A stretch of DNA of 64,000 bases from Polyangiaceae bacterium. GTDB lineage: Bacteria; Myxococcota_A; Polyangia; Polyangiales; Polyangiaceae. The notes beneath the pieces were generated by a model. That model ran no database searches. It was not told the DNA's origin and saw only the letters and a program-made list of their open reading frames with translations. Location: positions 512,001 to 576,000 of the forward strand of contig CBDCTZ010000012.1 of assembly GCA_965222375.1 (NCBI GenBank), written 5' to 3'. This document shows positions 53,097 through 61,670 of this stretch, one piece after another (position 1 is the stretch's first letter; every line of letters begins with the position of its first letter). The position numbers and the translations under genes were made by a program.

Positions 53097-54416
53097 TCAG
53101 TCTTCACGCCGCTTGTTCCGGTAGTGTACGACGATGGGAACAGCCTCGAAGCCGAAGGACTTGCGAAGCTGATTGATCACGAACCGCTTGTAGCTCTTGT
53201 CGATACTGGCGGGAGCGCTGGTCATCGCCGCGAAGATAGGTGGGGCGGTTTCCACTTGAGCCACATAGTAGATTCGTGGGGCCTTGCCGCCGCGTATCGG
53301 CGGCGGGCGTTCGGCAAGCACCTGCTCGAAGAAACGGTTGAGTTCGGCGGTTGCCACACGCTTCTTGAATTGCTCGGCGGCATCTGCCACCGAACCCAGC
53401 AGCTCCTTGACGCCCTTTCCGGTCTTTGCCGAAAGCCCGACAATAGGAGAGAAACTTGCAAAGCGAGTGGCATGGCGTGCATCGGCCAGAGCCTCTTTGG
53501 CGTGTTTCTTCGACAACTGGTCCATCTTGTTGAGTCCAATGACAATCCCTCGCCGTCGGTCGATGCACAGGCCTGCGAGGCGGGCATCCTGTTCTGCGAG
53601 TCCCTCCGTCGCATCGACCATCAGAATCACTATTTGCGCGCGCTCGATACTTCGAATTGCGCGCAGCACGCTCGCCGCCTCCACCCCACGGTCGACCTTG
53701 GACTTGCGACGAATCCCCGCCGTGTCGACGAGAACGAATTGCTGCCCCGCCAGGCTCACTACGGAATCAATGGGATCTCGTGTGGTTCCGGGGCGCGCGT
53801 CGACCAAAGAACGCTCTGCGCCGCTCAAGCGATTGAAAAGGGAGGACTTCCCGGCGTTGGGCCGACCGAGTAGTGCCACGCGAGTCAAGCCGTCGGTTTC
53901 AGCTGCGGGCTTTTCGTCCGCTTCCGGCAACGCGGTCCGCATGCGCCGCTCGAGGTCCGCCAGTCCCCGCCCATGGAGACCGGAAATGGTGATCAGCTCA
54001 CCGACGCCCAGCTCGTAGAGTTCTGACGCGCTCACTTCTTGAGCCGCCGTATCCGCCTTGTTCGCGACGTAAATGACGGGCTTTTCGCTTCGTCGTAGCA
54101 GATCCACGGCTTCTCGATCTGCTGGGAGGGGGCTTTGGGTCGCGTCCAGCACGCAGACGATGATGTCTGCCTCGTCAATGGCCGCCATCACGTGGCGAGC
54201 GATTCCCAATCCCATCGGATCGTCGGTGTCCGGATCGAACCCTCCGGTATCAACGACTACGACGTCGCGCCCCGCCAAGTGCGCGTCCGCGTAGTGCCGG
54301 TCTCGGGTCACTCCGGGTTGGTCGTGCACGATCGCCAGGCGCTTGCCAGCAAAGCGATTGAACAGCGTGCTCTTGCCCACGTTCGGGCGGCCGACGATGG
54401 CCACGATCGGTCGCAT
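53097..54416 (-). CDS. der: Ribosome biogenesis GTPase Der
   Basis: Two G domains (GRPNVGKS/DTGG/NKAD; GRPNAGKS/DTAG/NKMD) plus KH-like tail. Confidence 0.98.
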   Translation of the reverse strand: MRPIVAIVGRPNVGKSTLFNRFAGKRLAIVHDQPGVTRDRHYADAHLAGRDVVVVDTGGFDPDTDDPMGLGIARHVMAAIDEADIIVCVLDATQSPLPADREAVDLLRRSEKPVIYVANKADTAAQEVSASELYELGVGELITISGLHGRGLADLERRMRTALPEADEKPAAETDGLTRVALLGRPNAGKSSLFNRLSGAERSLVDARPGTTRDPIDSVVSLAGQQFVLVDTAGIRRKSKVDRGVEAASVLRAIRSIERAQIVILMVDATEGLAEQDARLAGLCIDRRRGIVIGLNKMDQLSKKHAKEALADARHATRFASFSPIVGLSAKTGKGVKELLGSVADAAEQFKKRVATAELNRFFEQVLAERPPPIRGGKAPRIYYVAQVETAPPIFAAMTSAPASIDKSYKRFVINQLRKSFGFEAVPIVVHYRNKRRED

Positions 54417-55366
54417 CAGCTTTCCGTCGGCTCTTGCTCTTCTTGGGGAAGTTCCGGGACTGGTGCGTCCGAGGCTTCGTAGCCGAGTTCCGACAGCTGA
54501 CGAGGAACGTGTTTCCATTGCGGAGTTACGCGAACGAATAGCTCGAGGTGCACGCGCCGTTCTGTCAAGGCTTCGATGCGATGGCGCGCAGCGGTGCCAA
54601 TGGCCTTGATGGTCTCTCCGCCACGCCCGATCAAAATGCGCTGTTGCCCTGCTTTCTCGACGTGAATCGTGGCGCGAATCACCAGTCGTGCCTGGTTTTC
54701 GTCGACGGATTCGACGCTCACCGCGACCGCATGAGGAACTTCGCGCCGCGTGTGTTCCAAGACTTGTTCTCGAACGTACTCGCGGATGAAGAACACCGTG
54801 GGTCGATTGGTGATTTCATCGCTCTCGAAAGCGGCGGGGCCATCGGGAAGGTGACAGGCGATCAACGCCAGGACGCGGTCGACGCCATCTTGCTTCCGCA
54901 TGCTTACGGGGACGATTTCTTGAAAATCAAATCGCTCCGAGTAAGTCTGAAGGACTGGCAGCAGCTTGTCCTTGTTACGCCAAAGGTCGACTTTGTTCAC
55001 TACGAGGATCGCCGGTGTGCTGGCCGAGAGCAGCTGAAAGACGGGTTCGTCGCGGGCGAGTAAGCCACCCGGTGCGCCAGGAGACTTGGGCAAGTCGGTC
55101 ATCATTACGATGAGGTCGGCGCCTCGGGCAGCGTCGACGGCTGTGGCATTCATTCGCCGCCCGAGTTCCGAGCGCGGCCGATGTAGCCCGGGGGTGTCCA
55201 GGAACGCGATCTGACAGTCTGGAAGATGAGCGATTCCGAGCAATGCGTCTCGGGTGGTTTGAGGCACATGCGAAACGATCGCGAGCGGCTCGCCAAGGGC
55301 GGCATTGAGAAACGTCGACTTGCCGACGTTGGAGCGCCCGACCAGGGCGACGCTTCCGAAACGCAT
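54416..55366 (-). CDS. era: GTPase Era
   Basis: GRSNVGKST, PQTTR, DTPG, NKVD, EVPH, ILIGRGG..IKAIG, LELFVRV. Confidence 0.97.
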   Translation of the reverse strand: MRFGSVALVGRSNVGKSTFLNAALGEPLAIVSHVPQTTRDALLGIAHLPDCQIAFLDTPGLHRPRSELGRRMNATAVDAARGADLIVMMTDLPKSPGAPGGLLARDEPVFQLLSASTPAILVVNKVDLWRNKDKLLPVLQTYSERFDFQEIVPVSMRKQDGVDRVLALIACHLPDGPAAFESDEITNRPTVFFIREYVREQVLEHTRREVPHAVAVSVESVDENQARLVIRATIHVEKAGQQRILIGRGGETIKAIGTAARHRIEALTERRVHLELFVRVTPQWKHVPRQLSELGYEASDAPVPELPQEEQEPTES

Positions 55367-55571
55367 GAGGCGGCGGAGCATAGCGCGAGTGGCACTTTCG
55401 CCTAGGGCACTGAGCGTCGAGGCTCAGCACTGGCGCTTTTGTCCCGGGTTGGCTGCACGGAAATGGTCGTCCGCCGTGTTCAATGAGGTGTCGATCCTGC
55501 CCAGGGAACTCGCGGGGATCCTGCCCAGAGCTTGTGCTGACACCCGTCGATGTTCTACTCAGGCGAGGTCT

Positions 55572-58091
55572 ATGGCGACGGCAGCCAGTCCGAACTCAAC
55601 AACGAGCGACGCGGAACCCACGCGCCGCTCCACCACGCTCGGGCGCTGGTTGCTGCCCGGGGTCGTGGTTGGTGCCGCTGTGGCGAGCCTATTCGGCCCG
55701 ATCAGGTCGAGCGGGATCTGGGATCCTCACGAACTCGCGGTAGCCGATCTGTCGAGGCGAATTGCCCTGACGCTCCTGGGTGGGGGGCAAGAGCTTGCTC
55801 TCGAGGGGGGGCCAAACGACGTTCCGACTCTAGGCGATCTGGCTCGGGGTCAGCTTCCGTTCACCTCGGTTGCACTCGGCTTTCGCCTGCTCGGGTTGCA
55901 CGAGTGGGCGGGGCGCCTGCCCCTGGCGCTGTGGGGAGCGCTTGGCGCCGCCGCAGTCTACCTCTTGGTGTCACGCCTGGCTGATCGCGTGGCGGGGGCG
56001 TTCTCGGTACTCGCTCTCGTGACTATGCCGCTGTACTTCCTGCATGCCCGCACGATGCTCGGGGACATCGTGGCCATGAGCGCCGTGGCGATCGCCACCT
56101 TGGGTTTCGCGCTGGCGCTGTTCGATGACCGGGCCACCAACCTGCGGCGCAGCGTCTGGATGCTCATCGGTCTGCTCGGCGCCGCCGCCGGCTACGGCAC
56201 CCGGGGGGCTTTGATCGGCGTGTCGATTCCCGCCCTAGGTGTCGGTTGCGCCTATCTCGTCGCGCGGCCGCGTCAGTGTTCGGCCTATGCTCGAAGTCTC
56301 GCTTGGCCATTGCTCCTTTTGGGGGTAGCGGCCTTTTGGCTGGGGGTGCGCGCTTTGGGCCAAGCGGAGGCAGATCCCACGCGCTTTCTGGCAACCGTGG
56401 GCGCGAACGTCGCTCCGCCCAGGAAGATGCCCACCCACGACGCGGTGATTCACTACTTGGGTCACGGGCTCTTTCCTTGGAGCGCGGTGATCCCCTTTTG
56501 CATTGGTCGGGTCTTCAGAGCGCCCCCGCAAGCGTCCCCTGCGGAGATGGATCGTCAAGCCGCGCTCCGCGCGGTGTTGATCATGGTTGCCGCCGTCGCT
56601 CTCTTCGTCCACGGGTTCTTGGCACCCAAAGTCGGCATGTTGCCTTTCGTTGGGGTCTGCGCCCTAGCGGGAATCGTTGGGTTGGCGTTCCGGGACTATG
56701 AACGGGGTGCGCCAGCGTCGCGCGCCCTGGCGATGGGCGTCGCGGCCATCGCCATCCTTCTGTACACGGACTTCAAGAACTTCCCAGACAAGGGCCTGAG
56801 CGCCTTTGTAGTGGAAGGCGCGCGCTTTCCCGATAGCTTCAAGGAAGCTGCCACTCGCTTGATCAAATACGGAACCGTTGCCATGAGCGCGGTCTTTTTT
56901 GCGGCCTTCCTGGAGCGCTCGTCGGATTCGCGCCGCCTGCGCTGGGACGAGATACGTGGCTACTTCACGGCATTGCGAACGACGGCCGGGGGCAATGTGT
57001 GGTTCACGGTCGTCGTGGCCGAGGCTGGGCTGATTGGGTATGCGGTACTCGCGTTCTTGTCTGCGAAATACTTCCACTGGAAGCAGTTCGCGGGCATGAG
57101 CCCCGCCGCCCGGCAAGTGGCAGCCTACGGCTACCTCGCACTGCCCGTGCTCGTGCTCGTGGTGCCACCGTTGCTGATGCTGGCCAGGGATGGCGCTCGT
57201 GCGCTCCTGGATTGGCTGCCCATCCCCCGCGCCAGGGTGGCGCTGCTTTCGGTGGTGGCTTTCGGTGGGGTGATGAGCCTGCGCTACTATCCCGCCCTGG
57301 CCGCGCAGATTTCCCCAAAGGAGGTGTTCGACGCCTACCGACGCCTCGCGAAACCTGGGGAGCGCCTTGCAATCCTCGGGGTGGGCTCAGGCAGCGCCAA
57401 TTACTATGCGGGCAGAGACGCGCCGAGCTTCGCGAATGCCCCGCAAGCCTTCGAGTGGCTGATGGCGGGAGGCCAAGATCGCCGCTGGCTCGTGTTGCGA
57501 GCGTCGGACCTTCCTCAGCTCAACAGCTCGTTTCGCAATCGCACGACACCTCGGCAGAACCTCCCGGTCCTGGACGCGCGTTCGAGCGAGATTTTGCTCG
57601 CATCCAATCGGTTGTCGGAAAACCAGAAGAACGAAAACCCCTTCGATGAATGGCTGCTGAGCACGCCTCCAACGCCCACCCGCACGTTGCCTCACAACTT
57701 GGGTGGTCAGTTGGACGTGATTGGCTGGGACGTGACGACTCGTGATGGGCGCCCGGTGCCGGCCGTCGTTCCGCGCCAGCCCTACGACTTCCGAATCTAC
57801 TACAAGGTGGTGTCGGCAATCTCTGGCAATTGGGAGACCTTCATCCACATCGACGGTTTTCAACGGCGCTACAACGGCGACCACAAGACCCTCGAAGGTC
57901 GCTACCCCTTCCACTTGTGGAAAACCGGCGACTACGTCGTCGACGTTCACCCCTTCATGCTCGAACCCAACTTCACTCCCGGGGACTACTCGGTGTTCTT
58001 CGGCCTCTACATTGGCAACCGCCGGCTTGATGTGAAGCGCGGCAAACACAATGACAATCGCGTGGTGGCGGGCCATTTGCGGGTGGAATGA
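55572..58091 (+). CDS. GT-C fold glycosyltransferase (ArnT/PMT, GT39/GT83-like) with C-terminal soluble domain
   Basis: GIWDPHE after TM1, LGLHEWAGRLP, many TM helices, GLFPWSA; C-terminal beta-rich domain (FIHID, PGDY..FFGLY). Confidence 0.85.
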   Translation: MATAASPNSTTSDAEPTRRSTTLGRWLLPGVVVGAAVASLFGPIRSSGIWDPHELAVADLSRRIALTLLGGGQELALEGGPNDVPTLGDLARGQLPFTSVALGFRLLGLHEWAGRLPLALWGALGAAAVYLLVSRLADRVAGAFSVLALVTMPLYFLHARTMLGDIVAMSAVAIATLGFALALFDDRATNLRRSVWMLIGLLGAAAGYGTRGALIGVSIPALGVGCAYLVARPRQCSAYARSLAWPLLLLGVAAFWLGVRALGQAEADPTRFLATVGANVAPPRKMPTHDAVIHYLGHGLFPWSAVIPFCIGRVFRAPPQASPAEMDRQAALRAVLIMVAAVALFVHGFLAPKVGMLPFVGVCALAGIVGLAFRDYERGAPASRALAMGVAAIAILLYTDFKNFPDKGLSAFVVEGARFPDSFKEAATRLIKYGTVAMSAVFFAAFLERSSDSRRLRWDEIRGYFTALRTTAGGNVWFTVVVAEAGLIGYAVLAFLSAKYFHWKQFAGMSPAARQVAAYGYLALPVLVLVVPPLLMLARDGARALLDWLPIPRARVALLSVVAFGGVMSLRYYPALAAQISPKEVFDAYRRLAKPGERLAILGVGSGSANYYAGRDAPSFANAPQAFEWLMAGGQDRRWLVLRASDLPQLNSSFRNRTTPRQNLPVLDARSSEILLASNRLSENQKNENPFDEWLLSTPPTPTRTLPHNLGGQLDVIGWDVTTRDGRPVPAVVPRQPYDFRIYYKVVSAISGNWETFIHIDGFQRRYNGDHKTLEGRYPFHLWKTGDYVVDVHPFMLEPNFTPGDYSVFFGLYIGNRRLDVKRGKHNDNRVVAGHLRVE

Positions 58092-58180
58092 GCTCGGGGA
58101 ATGGCGCAAATCCCGGCTGCTGCCCCTGCGGTGCCCATTCGGGGTGACAGGCTGCAAGATTGGAGTTACGCCAAGGGAGC

Positions 58181-58570
58181 GTGGGCGACGGGGAAGAACT
58201 GGAAGAGAAAAGCGAGGACGATCGCCGAGCGGCGGATCGAGTGGACGTGGTCTGGTCGGTAGACTGCGAGACCGAGGACACTTTTCTCTACGCATCTATT
58301 ACGAACATCTCCGAACTCGGGATCTTCGTGCGCACGCAGCAGCCCCTGATGGTAGGCACCGAGCTAACGCTCCGGTTCGCACCGCCTGGGGTTGCTGAGC
58401 CCTTCGTGCTCACGGGCGTCGTCCAGTGGGTCAATCCCCTGAAGGTGCTCGCGGAGAACTTGAACCCGGGCATGGGCGTGCGTTTCGTTGGTCTCACGGC
58501 GGAGCACCGCGAGCGAATCGTGGAGGCGATCCACACGATTGCCTACGTGCGCGAGGTGGCGAAGAACTGA
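58181..58570 (+). CDS. PilZ-domain protein (TIGR02266-like)
   Basis: RRAADR (RxxxR), NISELGIF (D/NxSxxG), GMGVRF. GTG start with AGGGAG upstream. Confidence 0.9.
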   Translation: MGDGEELEEKSEDDRRAADRVDVVWSVDCETEDTFLYASITNISELGIFVRTQQPLMVGTELTLRFAPPGVAEPFVLTGVVQWVNPLKVLAENLNPGMGVRFVGLTAEHRERIVEAIHTIAYVREVAKN

Positions 58571-58589
58571 TTCGCCATTGGTCGCGGCG

Positions 58590-59708
58590 TCAGAAAGCCT
58601 GGTCGCTTCCTGATGCCTTCGGTTTGGCAGCGGGTTTGGCCTTGGGTGCGGGCCGTTTCGGTGCTGCCTTCGCTTTGGGGCCAACCGCGCCGCCAACTGG
58701 CGGGGCTGCTGCTGCGCGCTTGGCTGCCACGCGATCGCCAGTTTCCAAAGATGCCAAGGCGAGCTGGGCGCGTTGCCCATAACCTGGAACATCCAACAAC
58801 TGAGTGTAGGAGCGGCGCGCGTCATCCATTCGACCCAAGGCTCGATAGCAATCCGCAGCCTGCCAGGTCGCTTCGTGCCCGATTCCACCGCCGCGGAAAC
58901 GCGAACTCACCGCTTCGAAACGCGGCGCTGCCTGACTGCAGCCCGCGGACTTTCGGATGGCTTGGCCTGCGAAAAGCGCTGCGGATGCCGCTTGAGGCCC
59001 GCCTTTACTCGCTACAGCATCGAAGTCTTTGACGGCGTCGGCGTAGCGGGCCGCTCGGTAGGCCTCCATGCCCCGGTCGTAGGTTCCGTCGCTGCCGGCG
59101 TCGGCGTCAAGCTGGTCTACTTGTGCCCTGCGGCTTCTGTTCTTGTCCGCCTCGCCTGGGCTGGGCGCCTCCGCGAACTCGGAGTCCGAGACGCCCCCTC
59201 GACTCTCCTTCTTCGCCCGTCCGAGCTTCACACCGTGAGCTTCGGCAGCCGTGTCGCTCGCCACCTTCTCGGGTACAGGCACGATCGCGACGGACTCACC
59301 TTCGGATTCCGGAACTCCACGTTCAGTGACCTGCACACTCTCGCGATCGCCCGGCTTCGCTCGCAATAGCAGCAGGCTGGTGCCCAGCATGAGCAGCAGG
59401 AGGGCGGCCATGGCAAGTTGTGGCCGCATGGCGTACCCGGCCAATATCGATACTCCGCGGCCCATGCGTTTGCGAAGGGGGAGCCGCGCGTGCGCAGCGC
59501 GCTCCGCCTCCAGGATGCGCGCCTCCAGATCGGGAGGAGGCTCTAGAATGGGTAGCACTCCAACCGCGCGGGTCGCGCGCATCTCCGAGTTGATTTCGCG
59601 GCAGCGGGAGCAATGTTCGATGTGGCGCTTCGCCGCGGCGCTCGTCAGCTCATCCAGCTCGTCGTAGAGCAGGTCGAGTGCAATGCGGTCGAAACGTTCG
59701 CAGTCCAC
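58590..59708 (-). CDS. Zinc-binding anti-sigma factor (ZAS) with TM and extracytoplasmic TPR region
   Basis: HIEHCSRC (HxxxCxxC), TM helix, TPR-like helices; directly downstream of the ECF sigma. Confidence 0.88.
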   Translation of the reverse strand: MDCERFDRIALDLLYDELDELTSAAAKRHIEHCSRCREINSEMRATRAVGVLPILEPPPDLEARILEAERAAHARLPLRKRMGRGVSILAGYAMRPQLAMAALLLLMLGTSLLLLRAKPGDRESVQVTERGVPESEGESVAIVPVPEKVASDTAAEAHGVKLGRAKKESRGGVSDSEFAEAPSPGEADKNRSRRAQVDQLDADAGSDGTYDRGMEAYRAARYADAVKDFDAVASKGGPQAASAALFAGQAIRKSAGCSQAAPRFEAVSSRFRGGGIGHEATWQAADCYRALGRMDDARRSYTQLLDVPGYGQRAQLALASLETGDRVAAKRAAAAPPVGGAVGPKAKAAPKRPAPKAKPAAKPKASGSDQAF

Positions 59709-59794
59709 GACTCAAGGACCTCCGGAAGAACCTGAAAATGCCCTGATTTCGTGGGCGAATGCTGTCGCAGCGTAGACCAACATGTGGGAACTCT

Positions 59795-60412
59795 TCAGCG
59801 TAGGGCGCGTGCGTACTCCTCGAACTCACTCAATGCTTGCTTCAGCCGCTCCAGCGCGTAGCGCATGCGACTCTTCACTGTGTTTTCTCCGACACCAACG
59901 ACCTCCGCGATCTCCTTGAATGGCAGGTTGCCGACTTCGCGGAGCAGAAACACCTCGCGTTGGTCATCCGGAAGGGCACCAACGGCTGCCACAATCCGGT
60001 CGCGGACTTGGTTGCCACTCGCTGTCCGTTCCACGCTGGCGCTATGGTGACCGTCCGCCGTGGAGTCGCCAAGAGACCGCCCCTCGCTGTCCTTGCCCGC
60101 CGGCTGGTCTAGGGAGGGGTGGCGCCGGTGTTTGGCCTTTCGCAGATGGTCGACACAGAGGTTTCGCGCAATCGTGTAGAGCCATGTCGAAAAGCGCGCC
60201 TCGTGCTTGAACTCGCCAGCGTTCTGCACGACTCGGAGAAACGCGTCCTGGGTCACGTCTTCGGCTGTCTGAGGGTTCTTCACTTGGCGATACACGAAGT
60301 TGTAGATGGGGCCTTTGTAGCGGTGCACAATTTCCGCGAACGCGTCACGGTCGCCACGCTGGTAGCGCACCATGAGCATTTCGTCGGTTGCGTTGCCGCG
60401 GCCGCCCCCCAT
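59795..60412 (-). CDS. ECF RNA polymerase sigma factor
   Basis: AEDVTQDAF, FSTWLYTIARNLCVDHLR, LPDDQREVFLLRE..LPFKEIA..VGENTVKSRMRYA. Confidence 0.96.
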   Translation of the reverse strand: MGGGRGNATDEMLMVRYQRGDRDAFAEIVHRYKGPIYNFVYRQVKNPQTAEDVTQDAFLRVVQNAGEFKHEARFSTWLYTIARNLCVDHLRKAKHRRHPSLDQPAGKDSEGRSLGDSTADGHHSASVERTASGNQVRDRIVAAVGALPDDQREVFLLREVGNLPFKEIAEVVGVGENTVKSRMRYALERLKQALSEFEEYARALR

Positions 60413-60749
60413 GCCGTCACCCCGACTCTTTCGCCGAGGTGAGACGCGTCGGCGCTACGGCGCTCCGACCGACCCAAGGAAAAGCCGCGCTGCGGGTCCA
60501 TGACAGGTTCCGGCTGATCCGACGTTCCACCACGTCTTCCGATCTACCGAAGGCCGGTCCCCCGGTCATCACCGCAAAAATGCCGCGATACCGGCCCATG
60601 GGCCGGATCGGGATTTGGAAGGATCGCCCTGATGCGCCGCCCCCTGTTGCAGCCTGGCCGGATTCCGAACATAAGGGACGCCTGAAATGTTTCCTGGGGA
60701 TGCGAGCTTTGGCTCGACCCTTCGTCTTATTCCACTAAGAGGGATCATC

Positions 60750-61670
60750 ATGCAGCGTTGGATTGGGTGTTGGGCGACCGTAGGCGCGCTCGTTCTTGGA
60801 ACGGGCGGGGCATTGGCACAGGGGGCAGGCGCCAAGCCGGATGAAAAGGCTGCGGGTGCCGACGCCAAGGCGACTGACGCGAAAGCGGATGCAAAGGCCG
60901 GTGATACGAAAGCCGGTGACGCCAAAGCGGGTGACGCCAAAGCGGGTGACGCCAAAGCGGGTGATGCCAAAGCGGGCGATGCCAAAGGCGGCGACGCTCC
61001 GGCGACGACGACTCCCGCCACGACCGGTACGCCGGTCGCGTCCAGCAAGTCCGGGACCGTTGATGGCGCAACCTTCAAGGTGCGCCTTCGCGGACTCGAG
61101 CAGCGGGTCGACGAGCTCAAGGAACAGATTCGGCGAAGCCACACCCGCCTGAGCCTGCTGAGTGAGACGATCCTCTCCGGTGGCGTCGGTGGTGCGCGGG
61201 CAGAAATCACCTTCACCAACGACATGAGCAACATCTTCAAGCTCACCCGCGCTCTGTTCGTGTTGGACGGCGCCGTGCAGTACAACAAGCAGGACGATAC
61301 CGGCGCGCTCGCCGACCAGAAGAAGATCCCGATCTTCAGTGGTTCGGTACCTCCTGGTGACCACACCTTGCAGGTGCTGCTCCAGCTCCGAGGTCACGGA
61401 TACGGGGTCTTTTCCTACCTTCGCGGCTATCGCTTCGAAGTGAAGTCGAGTCACTCGTTCACGGTGACCGAGGGCAAGACCATGGAGCTCGAAGCCGTGG
61501 CCTGGGAAAAGGGGGGAGTGACGACTCCCGTCGAGCAGCGCCCTGCTATTCGCTACGTCGAAAAGGTCCGCTCGGGTAACGCGCCTTCATCCGGCGGCGG
61601 GAGCAAGAAGGGCAGCGATTCCAAGGGTGGCCTGAGCGGCTCGTTTTCGGTCGGCACAGGAGGAAAGTGA
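60750..61670 (+). CDS. Secreted hypothetical protein (repeat linker, coiled coil, beta-rich domain)
   Basis: Signal peptide ending ALA, AKAGD repeats, coiled coil LEQRVDELKEQI, beta-rich C-terminal part. Stop overlaps the next ATG. Confidence 0.85.
   Translation: MQRWIGCWATVGALVLGTGGALAQGAGAKPDEKAAGADAKATDAKADAKAGDTKAGDAKAGDAKAGDAKAGDAKAGDAKGGDAPATTTPATTGTPVASSKSGTVDGATFKVRLRGLEQRVDELKEQIRRSHTRLSLLSETILSGGVGGARAEITFTNDMSNIFKLTRALFVLDGAVQYNKQDDTGALADQKKIPIFSGSVPPGDHTLQVLLQLRGHGYGVFSYLRGYRFEVKSSHSFTVTEGKTMELEAVAWEKGGVTTPVEQRPAIRYVEKVRSGNAPSSGGGSKKGSDSKGGLSGSFSVGTGGK
60891..60995 (+). repeat. In-frame 15-bp tandem repeat x7 (AKAGD)
   Basis: Consensus GCCAAAGCGGGTGAC; two exact adjacent copies at 60921-60950, the others diverged. 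Confidence 0.9.

Noticed and set aside
53073..53873. 266-aa plus-strand ORF
   Set aside because: Antisense shadow of der.
60891..60995. CRISPR-like array
   Set aside because: Contiguous in-frame 15-bp coding repeats with no spacers and no cas genes.
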